The notes under the pieces are model-generated. The model was not told where the DNA came from. It worked only from the letters and a program-made list of their open reading frames with translations, and did no database searches. A stretch of 59,392 nucleotides of DNA, filler included, from Mobula birostris (lineage: Eukaryota): the NCBI RefSeq assembly GCF_030028105.1. It is 4 parts of 4 records of this genome, joined end to end, with 100 filler letters (N's around TTAATTAATTAA, not from the genome) between each part and the next. Parts side by side here need not be neighbours in the genome. Positions count along the whole stretch, not along the records: positions 22,315 to 27,030 come from NC_092376.1; positions 27,131 to 39,379 come from NC_092379.1; 2 more parts are not named here. One strand, 5' to 3'. How positions within the stretch are numbered: the first letter of the stretch is position 1; every line of letters starts with the position of its first letter. Below, piece after piece: positions 25,863-38,088 of the stretch. A program made the position numbers and the translations under genes.

Positions 25863-27030
25863 AAGTGCCGATAAAAAAGTATTCACCTCTCTTGGAAGCT
25901 TTCATATTTCATTGCTATTCAACATTGAATCACAGCGGAATTAATTTATTTTTTTTGACACTGATCAACAGAAAAAGATATTTTCCTGTCAAGGTGAAAA
26001 CAGATCTCTACAAAGTGATCTAAATTAATTACAAATATAAATCACAAAATAATTGATTGCATAAGTATTCACTCCTCCCCCCTCCCCACTAAATATGACA
26101 CACCAAGTCATCACTGGAGCAGCCCATTGGTTTTGGAAGTCACATAATTCGTTAAATGGAGATCACTGTGTGCAGTCAAGGTGTTACAATCGATTGTAGT
26201 AAAAATACACCTGTATCTGGAAGGTCCAACTGCTGGTGAGCCAGTATCCTGGCAAAAACTACACCATGAAGACAAAAGAACACTCCAAGCAGCTCCACGA
26301 AAAGGTTATTGAAAAGCACAAGTCAGGGGATGAATACAAGAAAATTTCCAGGTCACTGAATATCCCCTGGAGTACAGTTAAGTCAATCATCAAGAAATGG
26401 AAAGAATATGGCACAGCTGTAAATCTGCCCAGAGCAGGCCATCCTCAAAAACTGAGTGACCGTGCAAGAAGGGGACTAGTGAGGGAGGCTACCGAGAGAC
26501 CTATGACAACTCTGGAGGAGTTACAAGCTTCAGTGGCTGAGATAGGAGAGACTGTGATACAACAACTGTTACCCGGGTGCCTCACCAGTCGCAGCTTTAT
26601 GGGAGACTGGCAAAGTGAAAACCACTGTTTGAAAAAAAATTCACATGAAATCTCAGCTAGAGTTTGCCAGAAGACATGTGGGAGACTCTGAAGTCAGCTG
26701 GAAGAAGGTTCTGCGGTGTGATGAAACCAAAATTGAGCTTTTTGGCTATCAGACTAAACGCTATGTTTGGCGTAAGCCTAACACTGCACATCATTGTAAA
26801 CACACCATCCCTACCGTGAAGCATGGTGGTGGCTGCATCATGCTGTGGGGATGCTTCACTGCAGCAGGCCCTGGAAGGCTTGTGAAGGTAGAGGGTGAAA
26901 TAAATGCAGCAAAATACAGGGAAATCCTGGAGGAAAACCTGATGCAGTCTGCAAGAGAACTGCAACTTGGGAGATTTCTTTTCCAGCAAGACAATGACCC
27001 CAAGCATAAAGCCAAAGCTACACAAGAATG
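25863..27030 (+). mobile_element. Tc1-family DNA transposon, frameshifted transposase, truncated by a join
   Basis: TA followed by TIR-like AAGTGCCGATAAAAAAGTATTCACC. ATG 26266 starts MKTKEHSKQLHEKV (HTH). The second frame has DETKIELFG, KHGGGCIMLWGCF and FQQDNDPKH. Confidence 0.95.
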
Positions 27031-27130
27031 NNNNNNNNNNNNNNNNNNNNNNNNNNNNNNNNNNNNNNNNNNNNTTAATTAATTAANNNNNNNNNNNNNN
27101 NNNNNNNNNNNNNNNNNNNNNNNNNNNNNN
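27031..27130. other. Artificial 100-bp join: N44-TTAATTAATTAA-N44
   Basis: Same layout as 22215-22314. Confidence 0.95.
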
Positions 27131-29055
27131 AGTTACTTACAGAGAATGGTGAGGGTGTGGAATGGGCTGCCAGCGACGGAGTTGGAGGGGGAAACGATCG
27201 GGTCTTTTAAGACACACCTGGGTAAGTGCAGGGAGCTTCGGAAAATAGAGGGCCATGAAATTCTCTAAGGTAAAGACATATTCGACGCAGCTTTGTGGGA
27301 GGACGGACCTGTATTGTGCTTTAGGTTTTCTATGTTTCTATGTTTTTATCATGCTCTGGAGCTGGAGGAAGCACCGGTGGTCGCGCCTCTGGCACACAGT
27401 CTCGCCCTGTCGCTCAGAGGGTAGGGAAAGGAAGAGGATGGCAGCAGTGACAGGGTACTCTATAGTTAGGTGGTCAGACAGGCGATTCTGTGGACGCAGG
27501 AAAGAAACGCGGATGTTACTTTGCCTCCCAGGTGCCTGGGTCTGTTATGTTTCAGATCGGGTCCACGATATCTTAAAGTGGGAAGGAGAACAGCCAGAGG
27601 TCGTGGTACATATTGGTACCAACGGCACAGGTAGTAAAAGGGAAAAGGTCCTGAAAGCAGACTACTGGGAGTTAGGAAGAAAGTTGAGTAGCAGGACCTC
27701 AAAGGTAGTAATCTCGGGATTAGTGCCTCTGCGACGTGACAGTGAGTACAGGAATAGAATGAATGGAGGATAATTGCGTGACTAAGAGATTGGAGCAGGG
27801 GGCAGGGATTCAGATTTCTGGATAACTTTGTCATCAGCGGGCTGAAACGCTCTTGCATGTAGATCTTAAGGAAGAGGATGTGCTGGAACTTTTGAAAAGC
27901 AAAAGTTGGATAAGGTACCGGGACCGGACGAGTTAAACTACAGGCTACTATGGGAAGCGAGGGAGGAGATTGCCGAAGCTCTGGCGAAGATCTTTGAAGT
28001 ATCAATGAGGACATGAAAGGTTATGGAGTATTGGAGGGTTACAGATAGTTTTCCTTTATTCAAGAAGGGGAGTCGGGATAGCCCCCCCCCAAAAAAAAAT
28101 ACATAAAACAAACTATAGACCAGTGAGTTGGAAAGGTGATGGAGAAGATCCTGAGAGGCAGCATTTATGAATACCTGGAGAGACATAATGTGATTAGGGA
28201 TAGTCAGCATGGTTTTGTTAAAGGCAAGTCTTGACTTACGAGCTTGACTGATTTTTTTGAGGATGTGACTAAACACACTGATGAAGCGAGAACCGCAGAT
28301 GCAGTGTATATAGATTTTAGTAAAGCATTTTAAAAGGTATCCCATGCAAGGTTTATTGAGAAAGTAAGGAGGAATGGGATCCAGAACTGGCTTGCCCATA
28401 GGAAACAAGCCAGCGGTTGTACACGGGTCATATTCCGCATTGTGGCCGAGGTCATCTATTAAAATCACAAAGTGTAGGGATCCCAGAACACATCCCTGAA
28501 GCACACCATTGGACAATTAATGCTCAGTTCTGGTCGGCTCACTACATGAAGGACGTGAAAACCATAGAAAGGATGTTGCCTGGATTGGGGAGCATGCCTT
28601 ATGAGAATAGGTTGAGTGAACACGCTTCTTTTTTTTTTCCCTTGGAGCAACGGAGAATCGGAGAATAGGAGAATGAGCGGCAACCTCATAGAGGTGCACA
28701 AGATTATGAGAGGCTTGTCATTTGGATTGTCAGAGGCTTTTTCCCAGGGCTGAAATGGCTAGCACGAGAGGGCATAGGTTTATGGTGCTTTGCAGGAGAT
28801 ACAGAGTAGATGTCAGTGATCAGTTTTTTTTTCGGCAGTGACTGTTGACTGCGTGGAATGTGTTGCTGGCGGCGTTGTTGGAGGCGGAAACGACAGGGTC
28901 TTCTAAGAGACTCCTGGATAGGTACATGGAGTTTAGAAAAATAGAGGGCTACAGGTAAGCCCATGTAATTCCAAGATAAGGGCATGTTCGGCACAGCTGT
29001 GTGGGCCGAAGCACCTGTATTGTGCTGTAGGTTTTCTATCTTTCTAGTTCTATGT
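27131..29055 (+). mobile_element. Cluster of decayed CR1 pieces (3' end, ORF1 esterase piece, deleted ORF2, 3' end)
   Basis: RRFCGRRKETRMLLCLPGA...PEVVVHIGTN (ORF1), RDSQHGFVKG (ORF2), and TTCTATGT tails at about 27340 and 29050. Confidence 0.8.
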
Positions 29056-29998
29056 CTGGTAGGTAACAGGTCCATCCACCGGAAGAGCTGTGATACTTAA
29101 ATACAATACTGAACATTATAAAGAGCCAGACGGCTGGTAGATGATTCCTGCAGACAGCAAACGTTTGCAAACGTTTTCGAAATTGCAAAAATCCTCCAGA
29201 ACAAAACCCTCCAAAGATACGTTTGCCAATTTTATATTTACTTTTGCGAATATCACATTTCATCGGACAATAGCCACCGTTCGCTTTGGGTGCATCTGAT
29301 TTTCCGTTTGTGACTGCTGATGGCCATAAACAGATCAAACATGAAAACAACTGTTAACCATAAGGGAATGTCGAAGATAAGCTAACGGAATGCAATACAT
29401 TAACTGTAGAATTGACTGCAAATTAGTAAGTCAACGACGACTTTAATCACGGCGGTCTTATTATCAGCTTAACTGCTGCTGGCATGAGCATCAGACAGCC
29501 AGTGATACGTTTCGAAAAGCTCTGTCGTCCACGAGAAAATTACAAGCTTCACACAGTTTCCTGTATGACGGAACTAAGAGAAGGTGAACTAGCTATTATA
29601 CTGACCGATGCATCAGTAGATTCTTGGGAAGCTGAAATGAAATTTCGCTCTGTGTTAGTCGACATAGCTGATAACTGCAACTGACAGATTTAGTGATGGA
29701 TGCAAAAGTAGAAGTCATTTTTGCACATGTACAAACAAATGTCTCAGAACTAATAAAATGATGTTAGACTACCGATAGTCACACACTTAACAAATAAATT
29801 TGTTCATGTTTTAGCAACCTGTTCAGATTTTAACAATAAAAATTACAAATAAAAAAGAGAAAAAGGATGAGAATCGCCTTACTAAAAGTTCACAGCTGTA
29901 AACATCGCACTTCATAATATTGTTTCCAGGAAAATGAGATATTTCGGAGACAAATATAATATTTGGGAAAATGCTAATATGGTTGATATTTCGGGCCA

Positions 29999-31693
29999 TG
30001 TCATGGTCCGGTCCGTGAAGTCCGCATTCCGGTTCACGGTCCATTCCTCAACCGTATTCCAGGTTTTCCTGTTTTCCCCGTGTCTGTTGGATGTTCTAAC
30101 TGAGGCACATGATTCTTGTTTGGGTTGGGCAGACACATAAATACCTGTGGAGACCAGGGCTTGNNNNNNNNNNNNNNNNNNNNNNNNNNNNNNNNNNNNN
30201 NNNNNNNNNNNNNNNNNNNNNNNNNNNNNNNNNNNNNNNNNNNNNNNNNNNNNNNNNNNNNNNNNNNNNNNNNNNNNNNNNNNNNNNNNNNNNNNNNNNN
30301 NNNNNNNNNNNNNNNNNNNNNNNNNNNNNNNNNNNNNNNNNNNNNNNNNNNNNNNNNNNNNNNNNNNNNNNNNNNNNNNNNNNNNNNNNNNNNNNNNNNN
30401 NNNNNNNNNNNNNNNNNNNNNNNNNNNNNNNNNNNNNNNNTGCTTGAAGCCTTGCCTTGCCTCACCTTGCCTTTTCAGAAGCCTTGCCTCCCCTGTAACC
30501 TTCGCCAGCAACCGTCGCCTGCACCGCTGTCAAGTTCAACTGCCGGGGCAAGATATGGAACCGACTATCGTTGTTTGAAACAGTCTGTTGTGTCCACGCC
30601 GTCACTAGGTAGGTCCGGCCGTTTGCAGTTACCTGGTGTTGAGAACCGTCCGTGTCCACGCTTTCGCTAGGTAGGTCCGGCCGTCTTGCCGCTACTTTGT
30701 ATTAGGAGCCATCTCTTTGTTCCCTCGCCTCCGCTGGGTAGGTCCGGCCATTTGCCATTACCTTGCGTGGATATCTGTCTCTCTGTGTTTTGTGTAGGGG
30801 TGTACGAGTCCCGGCCCTACCTCCTGCTCCCTAGTAGGAGCCCTGACTCTGTGTAGAGCGTCGGCTCCAAGTCCGGTTCCCAAGGATGGGTCCTGGCAAT
30901 GTGTTCCATGTCCCTGTGCTCCTGTCTCTCCCAAGACCAAGGCTCTGTGTTCCTGTCTCTCCCTCGACCTAGGGTCTGTGTTCTGCGTTCCTGTCTCCCA
31001 AGACCAAGGCTCTGTGTTCTGCGTTTCTGTTTTTCAAGAACAAGGCTCTGTGTTCTGGGTCCCTGTCTCCCAAGACCAAGGCTCTGTGTTCTGCGTTCAT
31101 GTCTCCCAAGACCAAGGCTCCATGTTCTGCGTTCCTGTCTCCCTCGACCAAGTTAATGCTTCGTGGTCTCGTCCTGTCCATGTGCCTCACCCAGCCCAGT
31201 ATTATCCGGCCCAGTCCGGTGCTGGGGTTCTCTCGTCCTGTCCAGGAGTCACTCATCCATTCCTGTAACCACGTAATGTTTTTGCCTAGTTCTGGAGTCC
31301 GAGCCCGAGTAAAGACCGAGGTTCTGGGTCCTTAAACACTCATGTCCTCTCCTGGAGGAATCCAAGCCTCGTCATGTCCTCGCCTCGAGGAACCAAGCCT
31401 CATCATGTCCTCACCTTGAGGAACCGAAGCCTCGTCATGTCCTCGCCTAGATCCGGGGTCCGAGCCCGAATCAAGTTCCAGGTTCGGGTCTTTGTCCAGT
31501 CTCTGGCTCGGAGTCCTTGTTCAGGTTTCAAGTTCCTAGTTCCTCGCCCATGTACCGCTTCCCTGGACAAGTTCTAGCCCTAGCCTGCAACCAGACGAGT
31601 ACCTAACTGTAGCTCTCTAGTCAAGTCTTGCTCCTATTTATTCAGTGCCTGTGTCTTGCACTTGGCTCTGCTCCCAGCACCCACCTTATGACA
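29999..31693. mobile_element. Solo LTR-like element with 5-bp TSD and internal tandem repeats
   Basis: Ends are TGTCAT...ATGACA. TSD GGCCA at 29994-29998 and 31694-31698. Internal arrays of ~36-bp (30920-31145) and ~30-bp (31340-31450) units. Contains a 277-N gap at 30164-30440. Confidence 0.8.
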
Positions 31694-32377
31694 GGCCAAG
31701 ATCCTTCAACTTCCCTATCTGCCTATCTGCAGTAAGTGCAATATTTTCCAAAATAGAAGACGTTTTTTTGGTCTTTTTCAGTTGCCTTACGAGCAGCGTG
31801 TCTGCTCAGGTGTAGCAAAATATCAGGAAATAAAATAACCTGCTCAAAACCACAATCAACCTTAGCATGCAACAAACTCAATTATCAACAACTTTTATTT
31901 GAAAATTACTTGCGACCGTAGTCGTCAGGTAACAGAGCAATCTACTGAAAATATCAGGTCAAGCAGAACACAATCAAGCGTCTATTGCTAACAACTAATT
32001 TAAATTGAATCACTTAAAGCAGCTGAAAGGTGCAAAAATGTTAGCATTAAGAATATGTTATTGCACGAATCAACACGTTTTCAAACATAGACAATCGGTT
32101 GCTGATGTTGGAGCTCTATAACAATATGAAAACAAAAACACAAGAGGACATCCAAAGCTCATCAGGACGAGGAACCTGGAGGAAGGTGAAGTGAAAGAGT
32201 TCAGTCGCATATTTTAAAGAAGTAATGTGAGAGGACTGGGATGAACACAGTCCTCAAATGACAAACAAGCAATTAATTGATGAAATGTCACAAGGCATTC
32301 TCTGTCCATATGTGAAGCTGGTCTAGAGGTACAGCCTCATGTGTCACGTTCTGTGTGACATTAACTATTAGGACATG

Positions 32378-32895
32378 CAGTAGCATGCAAAAGTTTGGCA
32401 CACCTGGTCAAAATTTCTATTACTGTGAACAGCTAAGCGAGTAAAAGATGACACATTGCTTTAATATTTAGCAAGATTACGTATTTTTATTTCCATCTTT
32501 TACAGTTTCAAAATAACAAAAAGGAAAAGGGCCGAAGCAAATGTTTGGGCACCCTGCATTGCCAGTACTTACTGACACCCCCTTTGGTAAGGAGCACAGC
32601 TTGTTAATGTGTTCTGTAGCCAGCTAAGAGTCGTCCAATTCTTGTTTCGGGGATTTTCGCCCATTCTTCCTTGCAAAAGGCTTCTATTTTGTGAGATTCT
32701 AGGGCAGTCTTGCATGCACTGCTCCTTTGAGGTCCATCCACAAATATTCGATGAGGTTTAGGTCGAGGGATTGTGAAAACCATGCCAAAATCTTCAGCTT
32801 GTGCCTCCTAAGGTAGTCCATTGTGGAATTTGAGGTATGTTCAGGATCATTATCCTGTTGCAGAAGCCATCCTCTTTTCAACTTCATTTTTTTTT
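32378..32895 (-). mobile_element. Tc1-family transposon, right-end fragment of a second family
   Basis: Minus ORF WLLQQDNDPEHTS...SQSLDLNLIEYLW, with TIR-like CAGTAGCATGCAAAAGTTTGG at 32378. Confidence 0.9.
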
Positions 32896-32924
32896 TTAAC
32901 AGACCGTGTGAAGGTTGTTTCTAT

Positions 32925-33860
32925 AAACAACACACATCAAAGTTGCTGGTGAACGCAGCAGGCCAGACAGCATCTCTAGGAAGAGGTACAGTCGACGTTT
33001 CAGGCCGAGACCCTTCGTCAGGACAAACTGAAGGAAGAGCTAGTAAGAGATTTGAAAGTAGGAGGGGGGGGGATCCAAAATGATAGGAGAAGACAGGAGG
33101 GGGAGGGATGGAGCCAAGAGCTAGACAGGTGATTGGCAAAGGGGATATGAGAGGATCCTGGGTCAGGAGGTCCGGGGAGAAAGACGGGGGGGGTGGGGGG
33201 GAAACCCAGAGGATGGGCAAGGGGTATAGTCAGAGGGACAGGGGGAAAAAAAGGAGAGTGAGAGAAATAATGTGTGCATAAAAATAAACAACGGATGGGG
33301 TACGATGGGGGGTGAAGGGGACTAGCGGAAACCAGAGAAGTCGATGTTCATGCCATCAGGTTGGAGGCTACCCAGACGGAATATAAGGTGTTGTTCCTCC
33401 AACCTGAGTATGGCTTCATCTTTACTGTAGAGGAGTCGGTGGATAGACATGTTAGAATGGGAATGTGATGTGGAATTAAAATCTGTGGCCACTGGGAGAT
33501 CCTGCTTTCTCTGGCGGACAGAGCGCTGGTGTTCAGCAAAGCGGTCTCCCAGTCTGCGTCGGGTCTCGCCAACATATAGAAGGCCACATCGGGAGCATCG
33601 GACGCAGTATATCACCCCAGCCGACTGACAGGTGAGGTGTCTCCTCACTTTGAAGGACTGTCTGGGGCCCTGCATTGTGGTAAGGGAGGAAGTGTAAGGG
33701 CATGTGTAGCACTTGTTCCGCTTACAAGGATAAGTGCCAGTAGGGAGATCAGTGGGGAGAGATGGGGGGGGGGGGCGAATGGACAAGAGAGTCGCGTAGG
33801 AAGCGATCCCCGCGGAAAGCAGAGAGAGGTGGGGAGGGAAAAAAATATCCTTGTTATTAG
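32925..33860 (-). mobile_element. Penelope-like element 3' part (GIY-YIG + pLTR)
   Basis: Minus ORF 33322..33894 has CKRNKCYTCP...YCVRCSRCGLLYVGETRRRLGDRFAEH. Confidence 0.92.
32991..33024 (-). ncRNA. Minimal type I hammerhead ribozyme motif in a Penelope pLTR
   Basis: Minus strand reads GTC-CTGACGA-A-GGG-TCTCGG-CCT-GAA-ACGT-C|GAC. Helix II closes with a G-U pair. Confidence 0.7.
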
Positions 33861-34289
33861 GACATAAATGACGATCTCGTGTAAATGTGCTCATCTGGAA
33901 CGACGTTTCAGAGGATGAAAGCCAGGTGTAAGTTTACCATACTTAAATGGTATTTTCACATCTTCATTGACACAACAAGTTTGAAGATATGTGGACGAAA
34001 CGTAGCCACGTGGGATAGACGAGGCGGTTGCATACTTCAACAAGTACAGCTTAGCAGAAGGGTCAATTTTCGTGATGCACACCGTTTCGTCTCTGTATGT
34101 ATCGCATCGTTAGTAGTTGTCAATTTATTTTTGGTTCTTTCTGGTAACCGACTCATTGACTAGTGTCTAGGAACGAATGATAATTATTTAGACTATGTCG
34201 TGTATTTTGTCATACATTTGTAGATTCACTATTATTGATCATTGTGGCTCAGCAAGGTTTTTGTGTAGAATAAAAGTTTTAAGGTACCA

Positions 34290-34862
34290 CGCAGAATATG
34301 CTGGATAAATTTAGCAGGGAAAGCAGCGTCTCTGGTGAAAAGGAAAACAACTGCACTCGACTGTTTCACGCCGTGGCGCTTCGGTAGGACATGAGAAAGA
34401 AAAGAAAAAACAAATGATGTTCAGATTTAAAAGGTGGAGAGGAGTGTAGAGAGATACACAAGGTTATATGTGAAACCAGCAGGGGGAGTGCTGAAGTAAA
34501 GAGCTGGGAAGAATGAGTAGTGAAAATATCCGTGGCTGGTCTGGCAGACGGAGGTGATAGCAGGGGATGAGATAAGGTGAGAGACCTAGAAGGGCTGGAC
34601 AATGGTGGAGTAGGCGGTGAGTATTACCAGAAGTTCGGAAATTCAAGTGTCATACTACGAAGATGGAGGCTACCCAGACAGAATGTAAGGTGTTGTTACT
34701 CCAACCTGAGGGTAGCCTCATCGCGACAGTAGAGGAAGACATGGATTGACATATTGGAATGGGAATTGGGCTGACATTAATCTGTGTAGCAACTAGGAGA
34801 TTCCGTTTCTTGTGGCCGACTGAGCCCAGGCTCGCAGCCGAACGGACTCCCAATCTGCGTTG
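34290..34862 (-). mobile_element. Old Penelope-like fragment
   Basis: Degenerate homology to the pLTR and GIY-YIG 3' region of 32925-33860. The hammerhead core is mutated. Confidence 0.6.
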
Positions 34863-35538
34863 AGCATCTAGCAAAATTGTTCAAAATGGCAGCAAAAAAA
34901 TCCACTGACTTAAACTGAATGGTTAAGGAACGGAACCATTCAATTTAAAATTATTTGAAACGACATTCAAAGTAGAATTGAAAAAAAAAAACACAACAAT
35001 GCAGAAACAGGCTAAGCAAGTTCGTGTGAATCTGTGGATGGAAAATTACACCGAACAAATCTGATTGAAGAATCATCCAATTTGTCCTCTTAGCTTTTTT
35101 CACCTTGTTTCACATGTCTGGGATAAACACCGCCGTTGGGTAAGTTAAAAACAGATGCTCACATTTACAATCTCTTTCAAATACTTTATAGCTGACTGTT
35201 TTGTTTTGAGCACTTCGGAAATAAGTTGGTCTTAGGCAGATATTGTATTCTGGTGGAAGAAATCACGATAATTGTATCTCCTTCGGTGAAAAAAAATAAA
35301 GCATTACTATTCATTGGTGAATAAATTGTAATGCAAATCACGTATCTCAATGAAAAGGCAAGATGATATTATGTATGTAAAATTAAGTGCATGGATATGT
35401 GGAATAAAAAAAAATAACTTATTTGCAATACCATCAGAGGGACATAGTGCCATTTACGCAGAAATCACAAGAGAAATAAACATACATTAACAATTTTTAA
35501 ATAAAGAACACGTGGAGAAAAAAAAAATCTCAGCAACT

Positions 35539-35850
35539 ATGTTTTATCGCAAAGTGATGGCAGTAAACAGTGCCGCTACACTGTCGTAGTTAGTATATTG
35601 TGACCTGGTTACTGAAATAAATCCTTGAAATAATGTTGCTATTTTTCAGACTGGTGTCGGGAACCCTGCTCTGAATAAACAACACCATGGCGTAATGGAA
35701 TGACTTCCATTATTTAATTTATTACTCTCAAAGTATTCAGGGACTTGGAGTATTTGACCACCAGCAGCTCTCCATCGAACATTATGGTCTCCAGTTCTCC
35801 TATTACGGATGCAGCACAGCGGAGGATTCACCCACAATATTGATTAGCTA
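35539..35850 (+). pseudogene. Probable decayed TCR V segment relic
   Basis: Leader-like ATG 35539 with a GTTAGT donor at 35589 and an acceptor at 35648-49. Frameshifted YLIYYSQSIQG(L)EYL and ITDA(T)AEDSPT motifs. No recognisable RSS. Confidence 0.4.
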
Positions 35851-37389
35851 CTTGTCAAAATCAAGTTCTAGGGACACAAAATGGCCAGGCACACTCTGAT
35901 TGGTTTCCTCATACTTTATTACCCGACTTCTGTGAATATCTATTTGGATGGTGATGCTGATTGATTGTGAGTGGTGGACTCAGCTGGTTAGTAAATGTGG
36001 CGATGGCATTTCTGCTCTGACTGGTTACTACCGAGTGTGAATAATGACATACTGATGAAGTACAATTCGGAGGCATCCTGCTGCTTCTACTCTTCAAAGC
36101 ATCACTCTTCGGTACTTATTTTCCTCCCAGTAAAATCAAGAAATTCTGATGCTACCTGATGAGTCAACACCGTAGAACTACCTTGTCTATCGAGTTTGTT
36201 TCGTTCTCTCATGGAAATAATTTGCTTTTGATATGAATTTACCCCAGAAAATCTGAAGCATTTTCCGAAAGAGATTATACTTGCATGTGTCGATCACGGA
36301 GGTTCCGCCATTCCGTCTCTAACGTATGCCAGAGATAAAATGAAAAGCTGTTACTTCAAATTGCACCTAGTGAATTAGAATGGGAGGCAGCAAAGTTATC
36401 GGCAATATGCCAAAGAAAATATGGAGTATATTTCATTTAAATGGGCTAAAGCAGAAAGGAAAGCAGATGTTACTTGAACACATTTCTATTCAACATACCA
36501 GAGCTTGGTGAAATTCGCCAGTTTGAAAATCTTGAGACTAATGTTGTGTCCATCTGTGCTCATTGAAATTAATGTCATTTAAATGTTCCCACAGAATTTT
36601 CTAACGCTCACCAGTTCCCAGGTGAAGCCGAGTGCGGCTCCAGACTGCTATTTGTAGTTTCCTGACGTACAGACAATTTAACTAACCTTGATTTTTGACT
36701 TTATTACTCAATCTGCGCATTCTTCCAGTAGACTATACCAACGTGGATCTTCGGCTCCACATCAAACCCAACCTCCGAGCCTGCCTCCGACCCCTTTGTT
36801 TATCTTCTCTTCAAAACAATGAAATGTTTTTTTTTTTCTGAGATTCCATATCAAGTCAGTTACTTCGAGATCCCCTTCCACGGGATCACAGTCGTGTTGT
36901 TATGTTGCTAGCTGATATGAAGGTCCAGAAATCCTCTCCACAGATCGTTCAATACGCATTTACCTACGGAAAAGCCAAAGTTGCTAAACCCGGCTGAGAA
37001 TTAATCGACGCTTTTCAATACAGGGCTCTGCACCCGCAGACACCACGCCATCACAAGCGCACAGATGTCGCATTTGCAAAACACGGATAGCTGCTAGCCG
37101 CTCAGCAGGCGTATTGGGGTGGGTACAGTAGAGAAGTACACATTGTAGACTTTTCTTGAGGGATATACAATTCTATATTTCGTTCTCTCTGAGGTCATGC
37201 AGACGGTTCATATTTATTTTACATTCGAGAGAAAGCAGTGGTCCATGAACAGAATTTTCCCAGAGCCTCTTTTAAGTTTACCGACTTGCATTATACTATA
37301 GGAACCGAAAACATCCCATTCGGTTTCACTGCTTTGACGGAAGAAAAGGAAAAGACTTATTCGGTTCCGATTGGCCCTTTTTGGTGTAA

Positions 37390-37490
37390 TGACATCACTA
37401 CGTGTATCCGTCATCATTGGTTATTTGTTTAGTTGATGAATTGAAGCCGTAAACGTATTGCATAATTCATGCACTTTCGGGACTGACGCA
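37390..37490 (+). promoter_or_regulatory. CRE-like motifs upstream of V1
   Basis: TGACATCA at 37390-37397 and TGACGCA at 37484-37490. CRE-like decamers are established features of TCR V promoters. Function here is inferred. Confidence 0.45.
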
Positions 37491-37556
37491 TTAGGGTTCT
37501 TCTCAAAACATATTCTCAGGGTCAAACCTACAATTTCTTATCCATTGTCAGAAGAT

Positions 37557-38049
37557 ATGTTCGCAGTCCCAGTCTACGCGGTTCTTATGGTGGCAGCTCT
37601 TTTGACCAGTGAGTGTCTAAACGCGCTAAATACCAATTTCGCTATATTTTCTAGCCGATTAACATTTTGTTTTTATATATAGTCTTACACTCGTTCTTAA
37701 TTATAGCTTTAAACACGTCTCTGACTACTTGAATTACTGCAGGTGTCGGTGCCGCAAACACGGTCTATCAGGAGACTGATAACATACAGCGATTTGAAGG
37801 TGATTCAGCGACAATTATTTGCAACTTTTCAACCGTTGATGATATGTATTCCTTACAACTTTACCGTCAGTATCAGGATATTGGCATCCAATTCTTAATA
37901 CTCCATCCATCTTATGGAACTACTTCCAAAGCAGGAGAAGTGAATTCTCGGTTTTCCGCATCCCTCGACACATCAAAAAAGAAGGGAACATTTGCTGTGG
38001 ACGGATTAAAACTGTCTGACAGTGCGGTGTATTACTGCGCTTTGAAACA
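37557..38049 (+). CDS. V1: TCR alpha/delta-type V gene segment (leader 37557-37608, intron 37609-37742, V exon 37743-38049)
   Basis: Leader MFAVPVYAVLMVAALLT with phase-1 donor GTGAGT and acceptor TGCAG. Spliced product continues SVGAANTVYQETDNIQRFEGDSATIICNFSTVDDMYSLQLYRQYQDIGIQFLILHPSYGTTSKAGEVNSRFSASLDTSKKKGTFAVDGLKLSDSAVYYCALK. Both Ig cysteines are present and Trp41 is replaced by Leu. Confidence 0.92.
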
Positions 38050-38088
38050 CACGGCACCAACTACTGTCGGCGGCCTCATACAAAAACT
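38050..38088 (+). other. 23-bp-spacer RSS of V1
   Basis: Heptamer CACGGCA (38050-56), 23-bp spacer, nonamer ACAAAAACT (38080-88). Confidence 0.85.

Noticed and set aside
26129-26170. RSS-like GGTTTTGGA...CACTGTG
   Set aside because: The spacer is 26 bp, the site lies inside a Tc1 element, and no J-like FGXG motif follows.
29080-29350. Minus-strand ESSTSRLALYNVQYC followed by CACAGCT, suggesting a V FR3 relic
   Set aside because: No DSAVY motif, no nonamer, and no recognisable FR1/FR2 or leader.
29912-30670. Long ORFs spanning 30164-30440 (and 40780-41043)
   Set aside because: They are artefacts of translating through N gaps.
30750-31450. Regular 30-36-bp repeat arrays resembling a CRISPR array
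   Set aside because: Head-to-tail repeats with no unique spacers, inside a eukaryotic LTR-like element, with no cas genes.
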